Shown in pieces: positions 49,374 to 58,540 of a stretch of DNA of 64,000 bases (its first letter is position 1; each line of letters starts with the position of its first letter). Origin of the DNA: Histomonas meleagridis 2922-C6/04-290x (taxonomy: Eukaryota; Protista; Parabasalia). The DNA lies in NCBI GenBank assembly GCA_020184695.1, contig JAANOX010000207.1, positions 248,001-312,000 on the forward strand, given 5' to 3'. A program made the position numbers and the translations under genes. Under the pieces are notes generated by a model. The model searched no databases. It saw only the letters and a program-made list of their open reading frames with translations, and was not told the origin of the DNA.

Positions 49374-49967
49374 ATTTCTTGCTTTCTTTTAGTAAATAGT
49401 ATGATTCAAATGGTAATAGATTTGTTATTGTAGCCAACACTCAATTTATTCATTGGAATATGGGATATTTCGCGCCAAAAACGATAGACAAATTAATTGA
49501 TCAGAAAAATTTGGGTTCCGACAGAAAAAACTATCGTCATTCTGAAATCCAATTAGATGGAATTTTTGCATTAATTGATCTTATTATCTAGGAAAATATG
49601 AAATAAAATATTCTTATGAATGTATTTATTTTTTTATTTTGATTTTCATTATAAACCTAAAAATCACTTAATAAGGATAATTATACGTAGTTTCTCATAA
49701 TTCAACATTTCTTTATTTTGTACAATTGCTGCTTTTCTTGTTTTCTTGAAAATTCTTATTCATATGAATTAACGAATAATGATAGAATTTTTAAAATTAG
49801 AGTTGTTTATTCATTTAATGAAGTTATACCATCAAACTTATTAAGTACAATTTATATAATTTTTAATAAAAAAAAACAAATCTAAAAATATATTTTTATA
49901 TAGATAGATGAAATGAAAGGCATTTGATCAAATGCATTGGATTTACAATTACTATATTATATCAAAT

Positions 49968-50891
49968 TCAGTTTTTTTTTATTATTTTCTTTCCGAAAAA
50001 CAATTTAATTATTTTATATATAGGGAATATAAAACAAACAATGAAATATACATTTTTAAGAATAATTCTTATCAAAGAATTACTCCATTTTGTCCAAAAG
50101 TTTTCGATCACTTTATCGACAAATAAAACGAAAATAGTTAAAGAGATGATCGGTGCCAATAAATTTGGAAGAAACATTGCAACAATAAATGCGAAAATTG
50201 CCATCGTCAAAAATAATTTGACTTTCCGTATAAATGAAACAGCAGTTTCCAAAAAAGTATTAATTCCTTCAAAACTATTTCCAAAATCATTGACAAAATT
50301 TTGCATGTTTTGAAGCAGCTTTGAGGTGTTATCGAGTTGAGTTTGGATTTGAGCGATAGTTTTGTTGAATGATATTGAAATATTAACGATTTCTTTTTTA
50401 ATAGTGGATATAGATTCTATTGAATCTTTCATAGATTGGTATAAATCAATGAGAGACTTGGATGTTTCTTCATTAAAAACATTTCTCTTTGAAAATAAGC
50501 ATAAATTTTTCCAATGAACTTTCATGATCATAAATATTGAATATGCAAAATTGCTCATTTTTGATGTTTTTTCAGAATCTTCAGCATCACATGGAAATTC
50601 GTCTAACTTTCCTGTGATGTTATAAAAACATTGAGTAAATTGAATTGCTAAATGTTTTTGTTGTGTCTCGTTTGCCTGTTCACAGTCATACCGAATATTT
50701 TTGATGATTTCTATATAGCAAGATTGACTTGGAAACTCAATTTCATGCATGATTTCGAAAAATTGTTCTGTAGAATTAAAATCTTCTTGAGAAACCGAAG
50801 TATCAACTAATTCATGAAATGTTTTGCCATTACGTAGCTCGTCAATAAGAGGGGATTTATAGGATATTAGAAAAGTGATAAGGAAAAACAT
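49968..50891 (-). CDS. GEX1/Kar5/Brambleberry-like nuclear membrane fusion protein
   Basis: Signal peptide; Cys domain C-x11-C..LAIQFTQCFYNITGK..C..C; coiled coil; 2-3 C-terminal TM helices; basic tail. Confidence 0.72.
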   Translation of the reverse strand: MFFLITFLISYKSPLIDELRNGKTFHELVDTSVSQEDFNSTEQFFEIMHEIEFPSQSCYIEIIKNIRYDCEQANETQQKHLAIQFTQCFYNITGKLDEFPCDAEDSEKTSKMSNFAYSIFMIMKVHWKNLCLFSKRNVFNEETSKSLIDLYQSMKDSIESISTIKKEIVNISISFNKTIAQIQTQLDNTSKLLQNMQNFVNDFGNSFEGINTFLETAVSFIRKVKLFLTMAIFAFIVAMFLPNLLAPIISLTIFVLFVDKVIENFWTKWSNSLIRIILKNVYFIVCFIFPIYKIIKLFFGKKIIKKN

Positions 50892-51260
50892 TTTTCCTAA
50901 AATGTACGTTTAAAATTAATTGACTCACTTCAATCTGCAAATTTCAGTTTCAAAAATTCAATATTTGGGAAAATGTAACAGGAAAGTGAGTCTCCCAAAT
51001 CTGCAGACCAGACATGCATGCCAAATAATATGTAATTTTTTTACCTTCTTAAAATAGTACTGTTTATATTAAATATGATTCGGTAATATGATATAAATTT
51101 TAACTTGAATTAGATTGGAATATCCTTTAGAAACACAATGCTCTCATGGTGAATCCTTTTTGTTTCAAATTTGTTCTAATTTATAAAATAGATCGAAAGT
51201 ATGACCGGCATAAAAAATAAAAAAACACATTTAAAAATTAATTATATTTTATATATAAAG

Positions 51261-52250
51261 TTAAATTGGTTCATAATCTGAATCATCTTTATTTAGTGTA
51301 TCTTTTTCATAATGTAATCCATCAATAGTTGGTTTTAATGGCACGAAAGGAATCATCCACAACAAAATATATTTTCTTGGCCCGAAAATTTCTTCCCAAT
51401 TATTTATGCAACCTCTATCATAAAACCCTGGAATTTTACGCTTTAAATATTCGAGTGTTGTTTGATTCTTTGTGATTCTTAATGTTTGATAAAAGAATTG
51501 ATTCAAAAGAAGGGCACCAAAAAATCCAGAAGTCCCGAGATAGAACAACTCCTCAAAAAAACCATAACGATGAATTTTTAAGAGAGAAATTGCACATATT
51601 GATAAAAATATAAAAACAAGGTATATGCCTAAATAAAATGTTGTGTTGAGGAAATAACGATGGTTATATAGACCAATCCATTGTCCTACAAAGCCACAAT
51701 AATGATCAGCTCTTATCACAAAATATCCAACACGCTGTGAAAAACACATACGAGGTGGCTTGGAAAGAGAACGAGCAAATTCAATTTGGTCTTCATCAAG
51801 AGCAACTCCACTTCTCATTTCTTCCGTTGAAAATGAAGATTTACCTGTAACTGGATAATAAAATGGAAGATATCCGGGATCTGTAACAATGGTTTTGTAT
51901 AAGCTATATACACCAATAATAAACGTTATTATAACAAAATATATACACGAATGATATTTCGGAGAAAAATAAATAAATACATGCTGATACCACAAATAAT
52001 ATGAAAAAAGCAATAATATATATGCAGGGAAATTTGGAAGAAATGAAAGCTGATAAGTTTTATATCGAGTAATTGGGTAAATTTCTGTAATCCATATATC
52101 TTTTGTAAAGGACCTCCATTTTGTAAGATGAGGAACACCTTTCTCTTGTAAAAGAAAGGGTTCTGATTCGTTTTGTTCTTCCATTTGTATTGGACGATGT
52201 ATATAAACATTTGAAATATTTTTGTAAAGTATGGAAACCAAATATGCCAA
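51261..52250 (-). CDS. DHHC-family palmitoyltransferase (DHYC variant); likely start MEEQNE
   Basis: TDPG, KPPR, RADHYCGFVGQWIGLYNHRYF, NQTTLE, YDRGCINNWEEIFG; 4 TM. Confidence 0.92.
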   Translation of the reverse strand: MAYLVSILYKNISNVYIHRPIQMEEQNESEPFLLQEKGVPHLTKWRSFTKDIWITEIYPITRYKTYQLSFLPNFPAYILLLFSYYLWYQHVFIYFSPKYHSCIYFVIITFIIGVYSLYKTIVTDPGYLPFYYPVTGKSSFSTEEMRSGVALDEDQIEFARSLSKPPRMCFSQRVGYFVIRADHYCGFVGQWIGLYNHRYFLNTTFYLGIYLVFIFLSICAISLLKIHRYGFFEELFYLGTSGFFGALLLNQFFYQTLRITKNQTTLEYLKRKIPGFYDRGCINNWEEIFGPRKYILLWMIPFVPLKPTIDGLHYEKDTLNKDDSDYEPI

Positions 52251-52849
52251 AGTTTGATCAAACTTTAGAGGCTGAAGTCAGGAATCCAGCAACGATAGGT
52301 AGGAAGTAGTCATTTTTGCATTTTTAGCATTGGAACAAAACATAATATAACATCAAATCCAGATATTTTTTTTTTTACCGAGAATGTTTTTTCATCATCG
52401 TAATGATTGAGAAATAATAATAATCAAAGTCAGTTAGAAGAAAAAACAATTATAAAGATTTATTTCGAAGAAAATTTTTGCTTTTTATCATTAGTGATGT
52501 TAATGATATTCGCTCATGCCAGGAAAAACATAAACATTTTTTGGATTTGTTTTGATCCCGTCAAATATAAAGTTCTCAAGTATGTTTGATGTTGAAAAAG
52601 TTCGTTTTATGCTTTACATTATGTAAGCTTTTGGGAAAGGGATAAAAAGATAAAAAAGATCGAAGCCTTACCCCTGATAGGAAGTTAAAGTGCACTTCCA
52701 AAAAATATTTTATTATGAGTAAAAAGCGAGTTGTTGGCCTCACCAAGCGATTCGGTCTTCAACTTATGTCGAACCGTGAAACCAGTTGTTCAAAAAGTGG
52801 CATTTATAAGGTTCTGTGTTTTTTTTGGCATTTTTTGGCATTTCGTTTT

Positions 52850-54409
52850 ATGAAAGCAAAAAACCCCAAACCATTCGTTGGTATTGATTTCGGTACAACT
52901 TATAGCTCTGTTTGTTTATGGAGAAATAATAATATTGAATTAATAGCCAACAATAATAGTAATTATTCAACACCGTCTATCGTAACAATACAAGAAGAGG
53001 GAGAACCACTTATTGGAGAACCTGCAAAGGAGGCTGCTGTATTTAACCCTACTTCCACAATATACGATTCGAAACGTATGATTGGACGAAAATTTGATTC
53101 TAAAGAGATTCAAGAAGATATTAAGCACTGGCCATTTAAAGTTGTTAACCATGAAAATACACCAATGATTGAAGTAAAATTTGGCGAGAAAATCGAAAAA
53201 TATTCACCTATACAAATATCATCATATATTCTAGGTCATATGAAAGGCATTGTTGATAATTACCTTAGCCTAAACACAAATGACCCTATTGATGCAGTTA
53301 TTACTGCTCCTGCATATTATGATGCCGTTCAACGTGCGGCCATTATGGAAGCAGCAAAGATGGCGAACATCCATGTATTACGTATTATTGATGAACCAAC
53401 GGCTGCAGCCATTGCATATGGTCTTAAGAATGAACCATATGAAATTTCCAAGAAAATATTAGTTTTTGACTTTGGTGGTGGTACACTTGATTTATCACTA
53501 CTAGAAGTCCAAAAATACAATTTTAAAGTCATTGATATAGGTGGTGATATGCATCTTGGTGGTCAAGATTTTGATAATAATTTAGTTGAATATTTTGTAC
53601 AAAAATTTAATTCGAAATACAAATGTGATCTTCACAAAGATAAACGCGCCATGAGTTTGTTAAAGAATGCTTGTGAGGATGTAAAAACAAGATTATCCAA
53701 AGTGCCATCAACTAAGATTTCAATTCCGTCATTATATAATTCAATTGATTATAACGATAAAATTACACGTGCTACTTTCGAAGATATAAATTTTGACCTT
53801 TTTGAAAGAATGATGATACCAGTTAAAAAATTATTAAAACATAATAAAGTTAAAAAAGGAGATATTGATAATGTTATTCTTGTTGGAGGTTCATCACGTA
53901 TTCCTAAAGTTAGGAAAATCCTTTCTGATTACTTTGGCGAAGAATTAATTTCAAAGAACATTGATCCTGATAAAGCTGTTGTCCAAGGAGCAGCAATAGA
54001 TGCAGCAAATGAAGAAAAAGAGGGCGAATTCCCAATTGTTACATATACTTCAGTTGTTTCACATCCAATTGGTATTGAAACTAATGGAACAGATATGGAT
54101 ATAATCATTGCGCGCGGTGAGCAAATCCCATATAAATCAAAACCAAAATATTATTCGCCTGCAAATAAGTATGTCCCAGTGGTTGATATCAAAGTTTTCG
54201 TTGGTGAAAATCCAAAGACTTGTGATAACGTGTTTTTGGGTAAATTTAGATTATCTGGTATTAAAATACCTGATAATGGACAAATTCCAAAGATTCAGGT
54301 TGTGTTGGAAGTAGACCAAAATGGAATATTAAGTGTGACAGCTGAAGATATGTGCGGTGGTGCATCAGAAGGTATACAAATACATGTTGAAAAGATCTTA
54401 GACTTATAA
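52850..54409 (+). CDS. Atypical Hsp70/DnaK lacking the helical lid and EEVD
   Basis: GIDFGTTYS, IIDEPTAAAIAYG, VFDFGGGTLD, GDMHLGGQDFD, LVGGSSRIPKV; ends just after the SBD-beta. ATG 52850 preferred over 52715. Confidence 0.9.
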   Translation: MKAKNPKPFVGIDFGTTYSSVCLWRNNNIELIANNNSNYSTPSIVTIQEEGEPLIGEPAKEAAVFNPTSTIYDSKRMIGRKFDSKEIQEDIKHWPFKVVNHENTPMIEVKFGEKIEKYSPIQISSYILGHMKGIVDNYLSLNTNDPIDAVITAPAYYDAVQRAAIMEAAKMANIHVLRIIDEPTAAAIAYGLKNEPYEISKKILVFDFGGGTLDLSLLEVQKYNFKVIDIGGDMHLGGQDFDNNLVEYFVQKFNSKYKCDLHKDKRAMSLLKNACEDVKTRLSKVPSTKISIPSLYNSIDYNDKITRATFEDINFDLFERMMIPVKKLLKHNKVKKGDIDNVILVGGSSRIPKVRKILSDYFGEELISKNIDPDKAVVQGAAIDAANEEKEGEFPIVTYTSVVSHPIGIETNGTDMDIIIARGEQIPYKSKPKYYSPANKYVPVVDIKVFVGENPKTCDNVFLGKFRLSGIKIPDNGQIPKIQVVLEVDQNGILSVTAEDMCGGASEGIQIHVEKILDL

Positions 54410-54689
54410 AAGAAATCAATAAATAATCACAACCCGAATTTTTCCCTTTCATTGTTGAGTGTTTTAATTTTATATTCGACATGAAAAAATTTATACATTG
54501 TGAAGAATCACAAGGAAATGTCACCGTAAAATCGAAACTTCTCTGTATGATGATATTATACATAACCTGTGAAGGTTTTGGTGATGATATAAATTTATAG
54601 AAATGGATTGACTTAATATTCTTGTATAAACAAAATCGAAGGTTGAGTTCTTCATTATTTCATATTAATTCTTCAACAAATATTTAAGG

Positions 54690-54810
54690 TTGAATTGAAG
54701 AAATCATTCATTTATGTGAGCAAAATCATTTGAAGATGCGTCTGAAAAGGCAATTGAATTCCATCGAAATGATATCTTTAAATGTATTTATGAAAGAAAA
54801 AAATGAAAGC
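54690..54810 (+). pseudogene. DUF3447/ankyrin gene remnant
   Basis: EEIIHLCEQNH..FEDASEKAIEFHRNDIFKCIYE matches the neighbouring minus-strand gene. Confidence 0.75.
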
Positions 54811-54993
54811 AAAGCGAATATTATAAAAAATGATCTTTATTATGTTGTTGCTAACACTTCTTTTGTTGGAGTTTTTCTTTCTATTGTTTTCTGCGAACAC
54901 TTGATCTTCGGATTGATTTTAATTATTAGCAACATATGCTTCATTTCCTTTTCTTATTGAAAATGAAGATTTGATGTTTATAAAAAAAGTTTT

Positions 54994-56137
54994 TTAATTA
55001 GAATATTCATTAGTACTTTTTTCACGAAGTAAATTTACTATTTCTGTGTATCCTTTTTGTTGTGCAATTTGAAGTGCTGTCAAATATTGTTAAAACATAG
55101 ACCAAATTATTCAAACATATTATAAATTATTAAAACATATTATAAATTATTAAAACATATTTCAAATTATTAAAACATATATTAAATTATTCAAACATAT
55201 TTCAAATTATTAAAACATATTATAAATTATTAAAACATATTATAAATTATTAAAACATATTTCAAATTATTAAAACATATTATAAATTATTAAAACATAT
55301 TATAAATTATTCAAACATATTTCAAATTATTAAAACATATTATAAATTATTCAAATGAATAATTTTTGCATTAACATCAATTCCTTCTTTATCTAAAACA
55401 TATTTCACAAGTTCAATATTTCCTGATTCTGAAGCAAATGGTAAAATATCTTTTGGAATTTGATTATTTTGAAGGAAATATTTCAAGAGAAATAAATTTC
55501 CATTTCTTGCTGATTCATTTATATTATCAACATTAACATTAATTCCTTTTTTTTCAAAAAATGCTAAAATTTTATAATTATCTTTTTTAATACAAAAACT
55601 TACTAAATCATTAGTTTTATCTTCAGAAATTTTTGGAATTGATTGTATTTTTTCTAATTTATTTTCATAAATATATTTAAAGATATCATTTTTATGAAAT
55701 TCAATTGCTGCTTCATATGCATCTTCAAATGATGAATGATTTTGTTCACATAAATGAATGATTTCTTCACTTCCACCTGCAACTGCATATCTACCTGTAT
55801 TTTTTACTTTTGCACCATTCATAAGTAAATATTTAAAACATTTAATTGCAGAAAAAAATGCTGCATAATCAATTAATTTGACATTTCTTTGATTAATAAA
55901 TGAACATCTTTCATAAAGTGATGGTTTAATCGTTTGATCAAAATCAAAATTTGTTTGTGATGATATTTCTTGAAGTTTTTCGATTTCATCATTTCGAATT
56001 ATTTTTGCAATTTCATTCGGATTATGTCCTTCTTTTATTAAATGCTTATGAAGTTCCCAATCATTCTTTGATAATTCTTCATAATTATCTAAAATATATT
56101 TTTCTATTGGATAATTTTTATTCGATCTAAATTTCAT
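54994..56137 (-). CDS. DUF3447/ankyrin-repeat protein whose last repeat (54994-55080) is separated by a 271-nt AT-rich spacer
   Basis: ORF 55340-56137 ends GIDVNAKIIHLNNL*. TALQIAQQKGYTEIVNLLREKSTNEYSN* resumes beyond the spacer. Confidence 0.75.
55081..55355 (+). repeat. 20-bp minisatellite (TATAAATTATTAAAACATAT), 12 full copies plus flanking partial copies
   Basis: Exact 20-bp period visible from 55101 to 55340. Confidence 0.97.
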
Positions 56138-56449
56138 ACGGGTTTGTTTTTGGTTTTCTTTTTCTGTTTTATAATGTGCAAAATATTTTGAATGAATATT
56201 TTTAGTGATATTTTTATCAAATAATTATCTATGAATAAATAAACTCAAATAGTCAAGCAATGCTTCGGTCGATATTTTTATTAAACTTTGAGAATTTTGG
56301 TGATTTTTTTTAGATCATTATATATATATTTTACGAGTTCTTCATAGTTGTTTGAAAGCATCCAGTTTTTTAAGTCATCTTTATAAAAAAATAACATAAT
56401 TAAACAAAAAACATCGCTTTGTTTAAATTTATGAAAAAATTAGTTAGAA

Positions 56450-57004
56450 TTAAAGTCCAAGTTCTTGTTCCCTTGGATCAGGTGGCTTTCCTTCTCTTAG
56501 GACATTAGGATCAAGTCCTTCAGCTTCCATATTCTTTGCAAGTGACATAATTGGTACACCAATATCTTTAAGTCTGAACCAACGAGCATATAGTGGATCA
56601 TTTCTTGGCGAATATGGAACATTTTCTTCTGTAGTTTCTGCTTGATTTTCTTCATTTTGTGGTTGCGAATCAGTTTCTGCAGGTGGTTGTGGTGATGGAG
56701 GAGGTGGAGCTTGTGGAACACTTGGCGTTTGTACTTCTTCTTGAGGCACAGGAGGAGCTGTTGGTTCAATTCTCTGACCTGGAGTGAAATTAAGATCTTC
56801 AATAGACTGTAATTTCTTTTCCAAAATTGCTGTTAATATTTCTACATTGTTAATTCTTTCTGAAACTTCTAAAAGTTTTAGATCACAAATGTTTGAGAAT
56901 CGATTTAAAAAATCAACTGTTCTTTCAGCAAATTGGTTAACACTTGCAATTATACGGGCATATCCGATGGAGTCAGCATTTGAATAGTCAATAGGATCAT
57001 CCAT
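56450..57004 (-). CDS. WASHC3: WASH complex subunit 3 (CCDC53)
   Basis: VNQFAERTVDFLNRFSNICDLKLLEVSERINNVEILTAILEKKLQSI; Pro-rich linker; DPLYARWFRLKDIGVP..MEAEGLDP. Confidence 0.9.
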   Translation of the reverse strand: MDDPIDYSNADSIGYARIIASVNQFAERTVDFLNRFSNICDLKLLEVSERINNVEILTAILEKKLQSIEDLNFTPGQRIEPTAPPVPQEEVQTPSVPQAPPPPSPQPPAETDSQPQNEENQAETTEENVPYSPRNDPLYARWFRLKDIGVPIMSLAKNMEAEGLDPNVLREGKPPDPREQELGL

Positions 57005-57173
57005 TTTAGTTAAGTAAAAAACTGGGTTCGAAAATAACCGTTCAATGAATGCGACCGTTATTTATGCAACGATAAAAATAACTGAAAGTCGTTCTAAAAT
57101 TAAAAAACGTACATTGTAACTTTTTGAGTGTATCAGTCCTGACTTTTTGTCCGTTATTATGGTATTTTGAAAC

Positions 57174-57953
57174 ATGGGAAGTTGTGTTTCATCAGCAAGA
57201 ACAATACCATTAGATGATATCGCAATTGCAATTCTAGGTATAGATAATGCAGGAAAAACTTGTTTTCTAAGATCTTTAGCAGGAGACTTTAATTTTGATA
57301 CAGTTCCATCATCTGGTCTTGGACAAGAATCTTTTATGTATGATGATGTTAAACTTAAAGTATATGATTTGGGTGGAGGCCCTAAGTTCAGAAGTGTTTG
57401 GCAAAGATTTTTTGCAGAAATTTGGGGATTTATTTATGTTGTTGATGCTTCTGATACCGAACGTTTTGAAGAAAGCGCTCGAGTTCTTAAAGAAATTACA
57501 AGCCATGAAATGATGAAAGGTAAACCATACATAGTAATTGCTAATAAGCAAGATTTACCAAATGCCGTTCCTGCAGAAAAGCTAAAGAAAACAATGAAAA
57601 TCAGCAAAAACATTGATGTGAAAGACGCTGCTGTCATTAAAGTTGACGGTGACAAATGTAATGAAGGTGTATCTGAATCTACATCTGCATTAATTGGTCA
57701 AATTTTGAAGAAATTCGAAAAGATCGCAAAGAAGAGAGTTGTTGACATGGCCAAACAAGAGGAAATTGAAAACAAAGAAAAAGCAGAGAAAATGGAACGA
57801 ATCAAAAGGATGAGAGAAGAAGAGGCAAAGAAGGCAGAAGCAAATGAGGATGAAAAGGAATACTCTAAGAGTGATAAAGAAAACTCTAAAAGCGATAAAG
57901 AGGACTCAAAAAGTGACAAAGAAGGATCCAAAAGCGAACATGAAGAACAATAA
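57174..57953 (+). CDS. ARL13: ARL13-like ciliary small GTPase
   Basis: MGSC N-terminus, GIDNAGKT, DLGGG (Gly in place of the catalytic Gln), NKQD, charged coiled-coil tail. Confidence 0.88.
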   Translation: MGSCVSSARTIPLDDIAIAILGIDNAGKTCFLRSLAGDFNFDTVPSSGLGQESFMYDDVKLKVYDLGGGPKFRSVWQRFFAEIWGFIYVVDASDTERFEESARVLKEITSHEMMKGKPYIVIANKQDLPNAVPAEKLKKTMKISKNIDVKDAAVIKVDGDKCNEGVSESTSALIGQILKKFEKIAKKRVVDMAKQEEIENKEKAEKMERIKRMREEEAKKAEANEDEKEYSKSDKENSKSDKEDSKSDKEGSKSEHEEQ

Positions 57954-58540
57954 ATATTATCATTTATAACTATTTCAATTTTTTACTTTTCCTATTAACA
58001 CAAACTTCGAACGCACCAAAATGTTTAATCATGTTCAATCTCCTATCATCACACCTCTATTAAAGTCATTTATAAATATGTCATCCGAAAAATTATTATA
58101 GAAATTTCAGAATGACAATATTTTTTTCTGTGAAAAACAGTTTTCTGGTCATTTAATTTGTCTATCGTTTGTTCATTAATTTTTTATACTTGCAGTATGA
58201 TGAGTAATAATTTTTTTATAAATCTATATTTATAATAATATTTTTTTCCACAATATAAAATCATTGTATAATTAGAATTTTTCCATTTAATTGTTTTTTA
58301 TTTGTCAACTTGAAGAGAATTCGAAATAGTTAACAATTTCATAATTACCAATTCTTTTATTAGTAGATTTTTGTTGTACCTATGAAAGAAATTGTTATCT
58401 AAAGGATTTATGTTCTAGAAGATAAATGAGAATATTTTACAAAAAAATTAAATCATAAATTATGAAAACATTGAAATCAAAAATCATTTTATTTTTATCA
58501 AATAATTCAAACAATATATTTTTATTAATTTACACAAAAA

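Noticed and set aside
52715-52849. N-terminal targeting extension on Hsp70
   Set aside because: Low-complexity T-rich leader with a duplicated TTTTTTGGCA. ATG 52850 lies just before the GIDFGTT motif, as in typical Hsp70s.
57020-57060. tRNA-like GGTTCGA
   Set aside because: No cloverleaf can be folded; the same holds for GTTCGATCC near 26227.
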